Origin: a virus
Taxonomy: Duplodnaviria > Caudoviricetes
Length of the DNA stretch: 52,685 nt
Strand: one strand, 5' to 3'
IMG/VR virus record: IMGVR_UViG_3300025687_000060
Location: 1-52,685 of that record
Below, in pieces: positions 26,501 through 35,469 of this stretch. Numbering within the stretch: position 1 is the stretch's first letter; every line of letters starts with the position of its first letter. Below the pieces are notes generated by a model. It did no database searches, was not told the origin of the DNA, and saw only the letters and a program-made list of their open reading frames with translations. Position numbers and translations under genes: made by a program.

Positions 26501-27821
26501 AGCGTTGACGTATTACAATTCTGTTGGTTCTTCTTCGACTATTTCTGCTCCTACTTCTGTAAATGATGATCCAATTAGAGATGGTTATACCTTACTGTTT
26601 GATCACCACAATCATGGTATGCATTCCAGCACTAATAAGGTGAAGGTTGTAGATTTTGCAACTGATATTGCACCAACCAATTTGATTAGTGCAATAGATG
26701 ACGATACGACTGTAATCACCGTTGGTGATGGAAGCAACTTTGTTAATTTTGAAGGATCTCCAGTTGGTGCAGCAAATACAGGGTACATTAAAATAAACAA
26801 AGAAATCATTTCTTACAATACTATTTCTGGAAATGATATTACAATTACTTCTAGAGTGATTGATTCTAGTTTAAAATCAAATCACTCACAAAATGATGCA
26901 GTTTATAAGTATGAATTCAACTCTGTATCTCTCTTAAAGATAAACAAAGAACATAACATAGATCCAAGAGATAAAACATTTAATTCGTATTATCTGAAGT
27001 TAAGCGATACTTCTAAAACCTTTGGATCAACTAAATCTGGTGGAGGAAGTGCATTACAAATTTCACAAAATATTCCATTCGAATATATTGATCCACAATT
27101 TAATATGATTACTCCAACTGGAACAAATGTCACTGCTTCAATTAAAACTACATCTGGAACAAGTTTAAGTGGTTCTGAATCTTCTTTCTTAGATTTAGGA
27201 TATGAAGGAGTGTCGTTGAACAAACTAAATCGTTTAGATAGTTCCAGAATAATAGCATCTGATGTAAATGAATACAATTTACTTGGAGGTTCTAAGTCAT
27301 TTGCTATTACCTTAGCATTATCAACATCTAAAGAAGATGTTTCACCAATTATTGACTTAGACAGAGCAAACGTAATTGCAATAAGCAATCTTGTAGACTC
27401 GAATGTTTCTGATTTCGAAACAGATAGTAGAGTTAGGATTTCTGGTTCTGATCCAAATTCTGCTATTTATGAAACAAGAAAAATATCTCTTGAATTCCCA
27501 TCAAATTCACTCTATGTTCAGTTTGATGGACATAGAGAGGCAGAAGGACAATTTAAGGTATTCTACAAATTATTCAGAAGTGATTCTGCAGATTCACAAC
27601 AAGTTTACATACCATTTAATTCAGATGGTTCATCAGATAAGGTTGTAAATCCAAATTCACTAGAAAATAGTTTTAGCGAGTACAAGTTTACTGCTGATAA
27701 TATGGCACAGTTTAGTGGATTTATGATTAAGGTTGTAATGACATCAACAAACCAAGCAAAACCACCAAGATTGAAGAACTTTAGAGCAATTGCATTGAGA
27801 TCATTTAGCGTAGATGGATAA
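20571..27821 (+). CDS. large virion structural protein (VrlC-like/DUF4815-type), 2416 aa
   Basis: N-terminal LNVSPYFDDF...VLFKPG.PVQ.RELT.LQS, APGADR, GFFVDNF, DPLAQSF motifs. Confidence 0.85.
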   Translation: MTQNTNLNVSPYFDDFNDEKNYNKVLFKPGFPVQSRELTTLQSILQNQIEKFGQHFFKEGSVVIPGGTFYDDSYFAVRVDPNFLGVPVSTYLDVLVNNRIEIQGEISGVKATVVNKVSYLESEDGYDTLYVKYNSSGSDGSTRVFQNGENLITLSDITYASTSIDANNTFARCIVSDSTKTGSSASISEGVFFIRGYFVKVNSSTVILDQYSNTPSYRIGLLISEEIVTASSLNQDLYDNSQGFSNESAPGADRFRVTATLHKKLLTDTSDENFVELMRVDNGSIERFVNKTDYNIFKDELARRTYDESGDYYVRQFALDVRESLNDRIGNNGIYLNTQTTQNGNTPSDDIFTIQVSPGKAYVRGYEIDKISTTSIDVLKPRTIKSKENVSLPVNVKNIMEVENVYGSPKIGFSTTYTIELHDRRLASNGLLDGSSVQIGKAKVYDYNQSVSGITTTKYELRLLDIQTFTNITVGFALTASAGSYVKGKYSGSSGISVSAVTGGTTISLQDVRGDFQINEPLEINGVDVGRNITTIRDYDTTDTKAVGATVGLSTFAANVTLSRQKKSFTEASQFTINSNGTVTSSSIWDFRDYVKVGDIIRYSEPASTLPTFNRVNAVNQSNFVVEDIPSVTNVCDGGVTGSTFTTTDVDILIPSLNLNADPGYRIKLKDEYISSINLLDSSYIVRKQFNENVTGSTFTFQLSSLGDNDLYFEPFTQDNYILTWETGQKEVILSTQVTFDSNFRELTINSLSRTGNATLTATCRRTKLSSKNKSIKRCSNLIVSRSKHQGSGIGSTTFGDGLSYSEVYGTRVQDDQISLNVADVSRILAIFESNDSSNPSLPSIVVSSQSDTFTNNVIVGEQFIGATSGAVARVVDILSGTQLNFVYENDRLFEVGESFTLKTSGIVAQISSLSVGSRNISKNYVLDDGQRSEFCDFGRIVRKRNIPEPTKKIRIVFDYFSNNESSGTVESINSYSSVNYSNDIPFALDRRATDFIDLRPRVNSYSTSSSDSPFSFNSRSFSSSSSETVVSNKTIVVDYSYYLGRIDRLYLTKDGKFEVKKGEPSEYPKAPVSNTEAFEVAVISMTPYVFNATIDSNVKLIPHKRFTMSDIGGLENRIKTLEEYTTLSLLETDTKNLSIKDPNTGLDKFKSGFFVDNFRNHRSHNLSGDSFFDIDVERGECRPRSTERNIPLTFETKSSLSDPVNADYRWIEDFEDSNVTRKGNALTLSFTEVDFIDQPLATRTENLNPFHIALYAGSISLNPASDFWMEEVILPTPDVVKIDSPFDGMASLLGVEDRENGGMAASYWNSHEQTWTGREQIKEEVLSDVEVGRQRTSNRLLRGNGIRRITTDAVTRQRELLNTFNETGIDREFGFELTAGEEVVSLGSRVIGVDVLFNCRSRNVEVVGKRLKPNTRYYVFMENVDMTDYCVPKLLPITMVRGSFATGDIVDTVTPPGSSTASIRMRLAQPNHLFGPFNAPTDTVDSSINGTTLYSGSSEYLNIDTAGLAFQTRPDHLGWVKSGSKLVNISGTAEATVDNIELVSDSTGTIIFSLHIPDPKVSSNPKFTTGSNTIRLTTSSVNSNQLDKSESSAEAVFVATGYAQNVQEQTLSIKTAEVERKQIGSDQPISRITQELEEETIVVQETRDTGWYDPLAQSFLVDRNQSQDGVFITGGEVYFKEKDPNVAVTVQIRTMRDGTPTTTIVPYGEVTLNPSSVNTSTDGSVATRFTFNTPVYLQSGYEYALVLVAPTEKYLAFVTRMGEEDLILQTVYNRQPYLGSLFKSQNSSTWTPSQLEDLKFKLFKAKFVTNTPSFITFYNKELPLVKVRKNNPVVAYSKRQYVSIASTNTAFAQGNTITQGSNSGDIFATGGPVDLGGSALTVSYSGIGLTDGTFTGIGFTSLTGFGNSCLATVTVSSGAISNISVTDSGSGYAVGDLLLANQIGETGSGVRVTVGSVSQTNLIVLDNIDTNITTGIALTYYNSVGSSSTISAPTSVNDDPIRDGYTLLFDHHNHGMHSSTNKVKVVDFATDIAPTNLISAIDDDTTVITVGDGSNFVNFEGSPVGAANTGYIKINKEIISYNTISGNDITITSRVIDSSLKSNHSQNDAVYKYEFNSVSLLKINKEHNIDPRDKTFNSYYLKLSDTSKTFGSTKSGGGSALQISQNIPFEYIDPQFNMITPTGTNVTASIKTTSGTSLSGSESSFLDLGYEGVSLNKLNRLDSSRIIASDVNEYNLLGGSKSFAITLALSTSKEDVSPIIDLDRANVIAISNLVDSNVSDFETDSRVRISGSDPNSAIYETRKISLEFPSNSLYVQFDGHREAEGQFKVFYKLFRSDSADSQQVYIPFNSDGSSDKVVNPNSLENSFSEYKFTADNMAQFSGFMIKVVMTSTNQAKPPRLKNFRAIALRSFSVDG

Positions 27822-28038
27822 TTATATTAAAGTAAAATCAGATTCTTCTCTTGTGCGAAACAAGGAGTCGAATGCAATAATAAACAATAATGAAAATGAA
27901 TTTGAAAAATTCATTCGACTCTCAGAAACAAAATATAAGGAAAAGATGGAATTGAGAATTTTAAAGGATGAAGTCCAGCAAATTAAAACGGATATTAATG
28001 AAATAAAATTCTTATTAAAATCAATTGTGAATGGTTAA
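27814..28038 (+). CDS. small coiled-coil hypothetical protein
   Basis: LVR...SNAIIN motif and heptad C-terminus; overlaps the upstream stop. Confidence 0.8.
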   Translation: MDNYIKVKSDSSLVRNKESNAIINNNENEFEKFIRLSETKYKEKMELRILKDEVQQIKTDINEIKFLLKSIVNG

Positions 28039-28040
28039 CT

Positions 28041-28048
28041 TATAAATA
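28041..28048 (+). promoter_or_regulatory. T4-type late promoter
   Basis: TATAAATA. Confidence 0.85.
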
Positions 28049-28075
28049 CCTAAAGGATATCCTGACTTTATACTA

Positions 28076-28414
28076 ATGGCAGCATATGTTAGTAATATTG
28101 TAATAGATGTTGGGGCTGATTTTTATCAGTTATTCAACTTAGAGGATAATAGTGGAAACTATTTAAATTTGAGTGGTTATAGTGGATCTTCCGTGATGAA
28201 AAAACATCCATCATCTTTAAATGCAAGTGCTACATTTTCAGTTACATTTCCAAACGTGTCTTTGGGTAAGTTGCAAATAGGATTAGCATCATCTATAACA
28301 TCAACACTCAAACCAGGAAGATACGTATACGATATTCTCATAGATGATGGATCTACAAAAACTAGAGTTGTAGAAGGAAGTGCTATAGTTACTGCTGGAG
28401 TTACGGTAGGGTAA
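28076..28414 (+). CDS. probable virion structural protein (beta-sandwich)
   Basis: L.PGRYVYDI....TRVVEG.A.V..GVT motif; late promoter upstream. Confidence 0.8.
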   Translation: MAAYVSNIVIDVGADFYQLFNLEDNSGNYLNLSGYSGSSVMKKHPSSLNASATFSVTFPNVSLGKLQIGLASSITSTLKPGRYVYDILIDDGSTKTRVVEGSAIVTAGVTVG

Positions 28415-28416
28415 AA

Positions 28417-28614
28417 ATGGCAGACATTAGAGTAAGAGTAGGAACACAAGAGTCTATAAAAATAAGATCAGCCATTACTGGAAATGTTAGTTTTGGATTG
28501 GGTGAACTTGTTGATGTAAATACGGAATCACTTTCTGATGGAATGGTGCTAATTTACAATGGCACAGAAGGAAAGTGGAAATCTAGTGCGGAATTAGATG
28601 GCGGAAGTTATTGA
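28417..28614 (+). CDS. small probable virion/fibre-associated protein
   Basis: L..L.DV....DG.VL.Y....KW and terminal DGGSY, motifs seen in fibre proteins. Confidence 0.75.
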   Translation: MADIRVRVGTQESIKIRSAITGNVSFGLGELVDVNTESLSDGMVLIYNGTEGKWKSSAELDGGSY

Positions 28615-28647
28615 TCCAAATAAATATCAAAAAACAGGTATCGAAGA

Positions 28648-29463
28648 ATGAGTCAACCAACAAGTAGACAAGGTTTAATTGATTATTGTCTAAGAAGACT
28701 TGGATATCCTGTTTTGGAAATTAATGTCGATGATGATCAAATTGACGATTTAGTTGACGATGCAATTCAACATTTTCAAGAATATCATTTTGATGGTATC
28801 GAAAGAGTTTTTCTGAAGCATCAGATTTCGGAGTCTGAGAAGGAAACACTAAAAACTGGTATAACAACAACCACTGCAACATCAACGGTTGGTGTATCTT
28901 CTGTTGACTGGAAAGAAAGTACAAACTTTTTACAATTACCAGATCATGTGCTTGGGGTCAATAAAGTCTTCAAGATGGATAATAGTACAATCTCCAGTGG
29001 ACTGTTTAATATAAAATATCAGTTATTCTTAAACGATCTATATTACTATGGGGCACTTGATCTATTAAATTATGCGATGACAAAAACATATCTGGAAGAT
29101 CTTAGCAGATTGATCACTCCAGATATTCAATTACGTTTTAATAAAAAGAGACATAGACTATATCTTGATATTGATTATGCAAGTTTTAGTTCTGATACAT
29201 ATATTGTTCTCGATTGCTATAGACTTGTCGATCCAGCAGATGCAGAATCAATCTATAATGACTGGTGGTTAAAAAAGTATCTTACGTCACTGATCAAGAG
29301 GCAATGGGGACAAAATTTAATTAAATTCCAAGGAGTCATGCTTCCTGGTGGAGTTCAATTAAATGGAAGACAATTATATGATGATGCAGTTCGTGAAATA
29401 GAAGAAATAGAAAGAGAACTAAGAGACACATACGAAATGCCACCATTAGATATGATAGGTTAA
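28648..29463 (+). CDS. gp13: neck protein gp13
   Basis: YCLRRLG.PV.EINV.DDQ, K.QWGQNL.KF, LPGG..LNG; late promoter ATAAATA at 28620. Confidence 0.93.
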   Translation: MSQPTSRQGLIDYCLRRLGYPVLEINVDDDQIDDLVDDAIQHFQEYHFDGIERVFLKHQISESEKETLKTGITTTTATSTVGVSSVDWKESTNFLQLPDHVLGVNKVFKMDNSTISSGLFNIKYQLFLNDLYYYGALDLLNYAMTKTYLEDLSRLITPDIQLRFNKKRHRLYLDIDYASFSSDTYIVLDCYRLVDPADAESIYNDWWLKKYLTSLIKRQWGQNLIKFQGVMLPGGVQLNGRQLYDDAVREIEEIERELRDTYEMPPLDMIG

Positions 29464-29467
29464 TATT

Positions 29468-30937
29468 ATGCCATTAAACTCATACTTTCTACAAGGATCA
29501 GCAAGTGAGCAAAGATTAGTTCAGGATCTAATTAATGAACAATTAAAAATTTATGGGCAAGATGTTTCATATTTGCCCAGAAAAATTATAAACAGAGATG
29601 CAATTTTTAGAGATGTAGTTGCTTCTAATTTTGATGCTTCATTCAAAATAGAAGCATATATCATGAACTACCAAGGCTTTGAGGGTAGTGGTGACATACT
29701 TTCAAAATTTGGTGTGCAAACAACTGATTCCATCACATTTATAGTATCAAAGGAAAGATATGAGGACTTTATAAGTCCCTTTTTATCAGAATCTACTGGA
29801 GATGATTTGCTCTTGTTATCAAGACCAAGAGAAGGAGATTTAATATATCTTCCACTAGATAATACTATGTTTGAAATAAAATATGTTGAGGGGAAAAAAC
29901 CTTTCTATCAATTAAACAATCTGTATGTATATCAATTGAGTTGTGAAGTTATAGACTACGCTCTCGATGATAATATATTTACATCCGATGATGAGGCAGA
30001 TCAATCTGTAGTTGGTTTTGATGTTGAAGAAACCATACTGGAAATGATCAACGATTTAGCAGAAACTGCAACTGGATCTATAGAAACATATCAACAGTAT
30101 TATGTCAATAGAGAATTAGCAGTTCCTGTGGAATTAAATAATTCATATTCTGTATTTAATATTGACTTAATTAATGATGGGACTGGTTATACCGAAGCAC
30201 CAGTCGTTTCAATTTCAACTTCTCCCACAGGAAATATTTTGCATAATGCTACTGCCGTGGCAATAATGACTAGTAAGACTGGACAAGTTGGAAAATCTAT
30301 TGATGAAATTTTAATTTCAAACCCTGGTTATGGATATACTTTACCACCTTCAGTATCAATAATTAGTCAGAGTGGTTCTGGTGCTATAGCAACTGCTATA
30401 GTTAATAGAGGAGCATTGATGCCACCGATAATAACTTCTGCAGGAAGTCAATATTCAGTTGCACCAACAGTTGGTATAACAAGTATTGGCGGAGCAATTC
30501 CACCAGTTGCTATTGCAAACATAAATTCAAGTGGAATAGTAACATCAGTATACTATAGATACTCTGGAAAAGATTACCATATAAATCAAGAAGACCAAAC
30601 TATAACATTCTCCGATCCAGATGCATCAAGTTCTTCTTCTGGCAATTATGTGTTTAAAGAAATAGTTAAAGGCGTATCAACTGGAACAACTGCATATGTT
30701 CAAGAGTGGGATGGTCAAGATAAGATACTAAAAGTTTCTACAATTTCTGGATCATTCTCACTGGGAGAACAAGTTGTTGGAATCGGAACTACTTTAAATG
30801 GATCAGACTCAAGTTATACAATTAAAAATATTGTAAAACTCGGATTAACAGATTTGAACTCTCAAAATAAAGTGATAGAAACTGAGGCTGATGAAATATT
30901 AGATTTCAGCGAATCCAACCCATTTGGTGAGTTCTAA
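29468..30937 (+). CDS. gp14: neck protein gp14 with insertion domain
   Basis: EQ.L..DL..E, LSKFG, RP.EGDLIY.P, C-terminal DFSESNPFG. Confidence 0.92.
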   Translation: MPLNSYFLQGSASEQRLVQDLINEQLKIYGQDVSYLPRKIINRDAIFRDVVASNFDASFKIEAYIMNYQGFEGSGDILSKFGVQTTDSITFIVSKERYEDFISPFLSESTGDDLLLLSRPREGDLIYLPLDNTMFEIKYVEGKKPFYQLNNLYVYQLSCEVIDYALDDNIFTSDDEADQSVVGFDVEETILEMINDLAETATGSIETYQQYYVNRELAVPVELNNSYSVFNIDLINDGTGYTEAPVVSISTSPTGNILHNATAVAIMTSKTGQVGKSIDEILISNPGYGYTLPPSVSIISQSGSGAIATAIVNRGALMPPIITSAGSQYSVAPTVGITSIGGAIPPVAIANINSSGIVTSVYYRYSGKDYHINQEDQTITFSDPDASSSSSGNYVFKEIVKGVSTGTTAYVQEWDGQDKILKVSTISGSFSLGEQVVGIGTTLNGSDSSYTIKNIVKLGLTDLNSQNKVIETEADEILDFSESNPFGEF

Positions 30938-30965
30938 ATAGTTAGTATACGTACATTATAAGATA

Positions 30966-32018
30966 ATGCTTGGTACATACGATTATCACGAAATTATTAG
31001 AAAAACCATTATTGCATTTGGTACACTTTTTAATAATATAGAGATTAGACACAAAAAACAAGATGGCAGCAGTTATAGTGTCATCAAAGTTCCTATTGCG
31101 TATGGACCAGCAGAAAAGTTTTTAGCAAGAATTGAACAAAAGCAAGACTTGAGGAAAAGAGTCTCTATTGTCTTGCCACGACTCGCATTTGAAATAACAA
31201 ATATACAATATGATGCGAAAAGAAAAGTTTCAACAATGCAAACTTTCAAAACCGTATCCACAGATGGATCAAAAATAGCGAAGAAAGTTTATATGCCAGT
31301 TCCATATAATGTTGGATTTAGATTATCTTTGCTTGCACAATATAATGAAGATGCTTTGCAAGTAGTTGAGCAAATTCTTCCATTTTTCCAACCATCATTT
31401 AATTTGACAGTTGATTTAGTGAGTTCAATTGGAGAAAAAAGAGATATTCCCATAATTTTAGATTCTATAAATTTTGAAGACAATTATGATCAGGGTTATG
31501 AAGAGAAAAGAGTTATAGTTTATAATTTAGATTTTACTGCTAAGACATTTCTCTTTGGTCCCATTGCTAATTCCACTGAAGGACTCATTAAAAAGGTACA
31601 AGTTGATTATCATACTACCATTGACAAAAATACAGCAAGAAGGGAATTAAGATATACAGCAGAAGCAAGAGCAACTAAAGATTATAATAATGATGGAACA
31701 TCTGTTATTCTTGAAGACATAGATGAAAAAATAACCTCCTTTAGGGTCGCAAATGTAGGTTCTTTGTCTGTTGAGTCTTACATTTATATAAATCAAGAAG
31801 AAATGCTAATCAAAAAAATTGATGGTGATAATATAACCGTTGTTAGAGGTATGGATACTTCAATAGCATCATCACATAAAAGTGGAGATGCTATTGACAT
31901 TATTAATTCAATTGATGATGATTTAATTGATATTGGAGATGACTTTGGTTTCAGTGAGTCTAGATTTGATTTTGGTGATGGAAGAGTTTATAGTCCAACT
32001 AAAGGAGTAGATGTATGA
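30966..32018 (+). CDS. gp15: tail sheath stabilizer/terminator gp15
   Basis: FGTLFN, VPIAYGP, PVPYN, QVVEQILPFFQP; CTAAATA at 30934. Confidence 0.93.
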   Translation: MLGTYDYHEIIRKTIIAFGTLFNNIEIRHKKQDGSSYSVIKVPIAYGPAEKFLARIEQKQDLRKRVSIVLPRLAFEITNIQYDAKRKVSTMQTFKTVSTDGSKIAKKVYMPVPYNVGFRLSLLAQYNEDALQVVEQILPFFQPSFNLTVDLVSSIGEKRDIPIILDSINFEDNYDQGYEEKRVIVYNLDFTAKTFLFGPIANSTEGLIKKVQVDYHTTIDKNTARRELRYTAEARATKDYNNDGTSVILEDIDEKITSFRVANVGSLSVESYIYINQEEMLIKKIDGDNITVVRGMDTSIASSHKSGDAIDIINSIDDDLIDIGDDFGFSESRFDFGDGRVYSPTKGVDV

Positions 32019-32428
32019 GTGAAACATTTGATAAAATAAATCAATCCTTAGATGTAGAAGTCACTGCTAATGAAGTAGTGAAAGAAACTAAAAAGCAGTT
32101 AGCAGAGATCCAAAAGAAGAGTGATTCGGTTACTGACTATGAGTATACACGAGGAAATCTTTATTCTTTGATCGAAAAGGGTCAAGAAGCAATTAATGGT
32201 ATTCTTGAACTGGCAGAAGAAGGGCAACAACCAAGATCATATGAAGTTGTTGGACAATTGATCAAAAGTGTCGGTGATGTAACAGATAAGTTAATAGATC
32301 TTCAGCAGAAGATGAAAGATCTAAATAAAGAAGAGAAGAACACTCCAACTACTGTTAATAATGCATTGTTTGTTGGATCAACCGCAGAACTACAAAAACT
32401 CCTAAAGCAAGGATTTAGCAAAGAATGA
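32015..32428 (+). CDS. gp16: terminase small subunit gp16
   Basis: DYEY.R.NL, PR.YEV, NNALFVGST.ELQ. Confidence 0.93.
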   Translation: MSETFDKINQSLDVEVTANEVVKETKKQLAEIQKKSDSVTDYEYTRGNLYSLIEKGQEAINGILELAEEGQQPRSYEVVGQLIKSVGDVTDKLIDLQQKMKDLNKEEKNTPTTVNNALFVGSTAELQKLLKQGFSKE

Positions 32429-33384
32429 AAACTTTCAAAAACTTTATGGAGGCGTCAACTTGCCTTCACACAAAAGAAGGGGAGAAGTGTCCAGTTCATG
32501 GCACGAAAGAATGCCCAGAAGTTATTGAAACACCAAGAAAGAAAAGTAAAAATTATCTTTTGAATAATAAAACAATTGGTGAAGCAAAAGAGAAAGACCA
32601 TGAATATTCAATGGCACGGTCTGAACTAAAGACTGTAACTAATGCAGCAAAACGTCTTCAGAAGAAGATGGGCAAAAAAGGTGAAGGAAATCTTCAGGCA
32701 TGGGTACAATCAAAAATTACTAAGGCAGCAGATTACATTGATACGGCAGCAGATTATGTCACTAATGAAGAAACCATTGTAGAAAAACTGGATGGAAAAA
32801 CACCAAGAGATCCTGGTTATTCGTTGAAGGACTGGTTTAAGGGTTGGGTTCAAACTGGTGGAAAATATGATGGAAAACCTTGTGCTAAGCAACCAGGTCA
32901 GACCACTAAACCTTATTGTAGAGATGCGGATGTTCGTGCATCAATGGATCCTGAAGAGAGAGAAAGAAGAGTAAAGAAAAAACGTAGAGAAGACCCAAAT
33001 CCAAACCGTAAAGGTAAAGCAAAAAATGTTTCAATGGAAGCAGTTGATGCAACAAAGTATGGTGGTCCAGATAAACTCCTTCAGAGATTGGTTCCAAAAG
33101 GAGAAAAGGTTATTCCATCAACTCCCAAAAAAACTGCTAATGTAAAAGAGTCGTATTTAAGAATACAGGAAAGAGGAAAAACATATAGTATTATTTTAAA
33201 TTGGAGGGGTAAATCAATTACAACTCAAATGTTTTTCCCTAAGTTTGGAAGACCGTCCAAATCTGAAGTTTTAGGAGAAATCGTAAAGGTTTATCCTGGT
33301 GCAAAGGTTCTGTACTATAATCCAGTCATGAGGGATCCAACCCAACCTTTACTTTTTGCAGGTACACAAAATGAACCCAGATGA
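32425..33384 (+). CDS. multi-segment hypothetical protein, putative internal head protein
   Basis: N-terminal MKTFKNFME resembles the T4 capsid-targeting sequence; basic, with Cys clusters. Confidence 0.7.
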   Translation: MKTFKNFMEASTCLHTKEGEKCPVHGTKECPEVIETPRKKSKNYLLNNKTIGEAKEKDHEYSMARSELKTVTNAAKRLQKKMGKKGEGNLQAWVQSKITKAADYIDTAADYVTNEETIVEKLDGKTPRDPGYSLKDWFKGWVQTGGKYDGKPCAKQPGQTTKPYCRDADVRASMDPEERERRVKKKRREDPNPNRKGKAKNVSMEAVDATKYGGPDKLLQRLVPKGEKVIPSTPKKTANVKESYLRIQERGKTYSIILNWRGKSITTQMFFPKFGRPSKSEVLGEIVKVYPGAKVLYYNPVMRDPTQPLLFAGTQNEPR

Positions 33385-33544
33385 AATCAAACTAGATAAT
33401 GTAAGCAAAAACTTTGAGTATGCTAAAATTTCAAGAGAAATTGATGCATGTGATGACTTAGAGTATTTAAAAAATCTTTCAAAGTCTTACGTAAAACTTT
33501 ATTTCAAAACACAGGAAACGTTTGCAGATCTTATCAAAATGTAA
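33371..33544 (+). CDS. NblA-like phycobilisome degradation adaptor (putative, 57 aa)
   Basis: SKNFEYAKISREIDACDDLEYLKNLSK...TFADLIK fits the helix-loop-helix pattern I recall for picocyanobacterial NblA. Confidence 0.55.
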   Translation: MNPDEIKLDNVSKNFEYAKISREIDACDDLEYLKNLSKSYVKLYFKTQETFADLIKM

Positions 33545-33547
33545 GTT

Positions 33548-35194
33548 ATGAGTGATAATGTATATCTTGGCAATCCTAATCTAAAAAAGGCAAATACGCC
33601 TATTGAATTTACACAGGATCAAGTTTTAGAATTCATCAGGTGTAAAGATGATCCTGTGTATTTTGCAAACAATTATGTAAAGATTGTTTCTCTGGACGAA
33701 GGTCTTGTACCATTTAGTCCATATCACTTCCAAGAGAAGTTAATTAACAATTTTCATAAAAATAGATTCAACATCTGTAAGATGCCACGTCAGACTGGTA
33801 AGTCTACTACTGTGGTCTCGTATCTTCTTCATTATCTTATCTTCAACGATAGCGTAAACATTGGCATTCTTGCTAACAAAGCAGCAACCGCAAGAGAATT
33901 GTTAGGAAGGTTAGCAACTGCTTATGAAAACTTGCCAAAATGGATGCAACAAGGTATCATAGCATGGAACAAAGGAAACATAGAACTGGAAAATGGCAGT
34001 AAGATATTGGCAGCTTCTACATCTGCGAGTGCTGTCCGAGGCATGTCGTTCAATATCCTCTTTCTCGACGAATTCGCCTTCGTCCCTAATCACATCGCTG
34101 ACTCCTTCTTTGCATCTGTTTATCCTACTATTACTTCTGGTAAAAGCACAAAAGTCATCATCGTCTCAACGCCGCATGGCATGAATCACTTCTACCGCAT
34201 GTGGCACGATGCGGAGAGAGGAAAGAACGAATATATTCCAACTGATGTTCACTGGTCTGAAGTTCCAGGACGTGATGATGAGTGGAAAAAACAGACGATT
34301 GCAAACACATCAGAACAGCAATTCAAAATTGAGTTTGAGTGTGAATTTTTAGGATCGGTTGATACTCTCATTGCACCAAGTAAACTTAGAAATTTAGTAT
34401 ACGATAATCCAAAAACTAAGAGTGCTGGTTTAGATGTATATTTGGATGTACAAGATGAGCATGATTATGTTGTAACTGTAGACGTTGCAAGGGGAGTCAG
34501 TGAAGACTATTCTGCATTCGTTGTGGTAGACATTACAGAGTTTCCGCATAAAGTAGTAGCAAAATATAGAAATAACGAAATCAAACCAATGCTATTCCCC
34601 AATATAATTTGGGAAGTAGCAAAGAATTATAATAACGCATTTATCCTTTGCGAAGTAAATGATATTGGAGACCAGGTAGCAAGTATTCTCCAATATGATT
34701 TGGAATACCAGAATCTGCTGATGTGTTCTATGAGAGGTAGAGCAGGTCAGATTGTTGGTCAGGGTTTCTCTGGAAAGAAAACTCAACTTGGTGTAAAGAT
34801 GAGTAAAACTGTCAAGAAGGTTGGATCACTTAACCTTAAGGCAATGATTGAAGAAGATAAACTCATATTTAATGACTATGAGATCATCTCAGAATTGACT
34901 ACTTTCGTTTCAAAGCACAATTCATTTGAAGCAGAAGAAGGTTGCAATGATGACCTTGCAATGTGTTTGGTCATTTATGCTTGGTTAGTTGCACAAGACT
35001 ACTTCAAAGAACTAACAGATCAGGACGTTAGAAAAAGATTATACGAAGAACAAAAGAATCAGATTGAGCAAGATATGTCTCCATTTGGATTCATTAGTGA
35101 TGGATTAGATGATAGTTCTTTTGTAGATGATAGTGGAGATAGGTGGTATACGGATGAATATGGTGATCGTTCATACATGTGGGAGTACATGTAA
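33548..35194 (+). CDS. gp17: terminase large subunit gp17
   Basis: PRQTGKST Walker A, LFLDEFAF Walker B, VSTP.G, DDL.M nuclease motif. Confidence 0.97.
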   Translation: MSDNVYLGNPNLKKANTPIEFTQDQVLEFIRCKDDPVYFANNYVKIVSLDEGLVPFSPYHFQEKLINNFHKNRFNICKMPRQTGKSTTVVSYLLHYLIFNDSVNIGILANKAATARELLGRLATAYENLPKWMQQGIIAWNKGNIELENGSKILAASTSASAVRGMSFNILFLDEFAFVPNHIADSFFASVYPTITSGKSTKVIIVSTPHGMNHFYRMWHDAERGKNEYIPTDVHWSEVPGRDDEWKKQTIANTSEQQFKIEFECEFLGSVDTLIAPSKLRNLVYDNPKTKSAGLDVYLDVQDEHDYVVTVDVARGVSEDYSAFVVVDITEFPHKVVAKYRNNEIKPMLFPNIIWEVAKNYNNAFILCEVNDIGDQVASILQYDLEYQNLLMCSMRGRAGQIVGQGFSGKKTQLGVKMSKTVKKVGSLNLKAMIEEDKLIFNDYEIISELTTFVSKHNSFEAEEGCNDDLAMCLVIYAWLVAQDYFKELTDQDVRKRLYEEQKNQIEQDMSPFGFISDGLDDSSFVDDSGDRWYTDEYGDRSYMWEYM

Positions 35195-35421
35195 TGGATT
35201 TTGAAGAACAGTTTGGACTAGAGCACTTACTGTTCAAAGAAAGAAAATGCAGGACTTGTGGTGAAATAAAAGATTTAATTGATGGTTTTTATCTGACAAG
35301 AAAAAATAGAGGAATGTATCCATCATCATATTCATATGAGTGTAAGGAATGCACCAAAAAACGAGTACTCAATGCGAGAAAAGCGGAATTGGTTCTAAGG
35401 TGGGAATATCCTGACTGGTAG
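35194..35421 (+). CDS. small zinc-ribbon protein
   Basis: CRTC...YECKEC; TAATG overlap with the gp17 stop. Confidence 0.8.
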   Translation: MDFEEQFGLEHLLFKERKCRTCGEIKDLIDGFYLTRKNRGMYPSSYSYECKECTKKRVLNARKAELVLRWEYPDW

Positions 35422-35462
35422 TATGTTCATGCACTGTTTCCCCAATGTAAAAGTAGCAAATA

Positions 35463-35469
35463 ATAAATA
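35463..35469 (+). promoter_or_regulatory. T4-type late promoter
   Basis: ATAAATA upstream of gp18. Confidence 0.75.
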
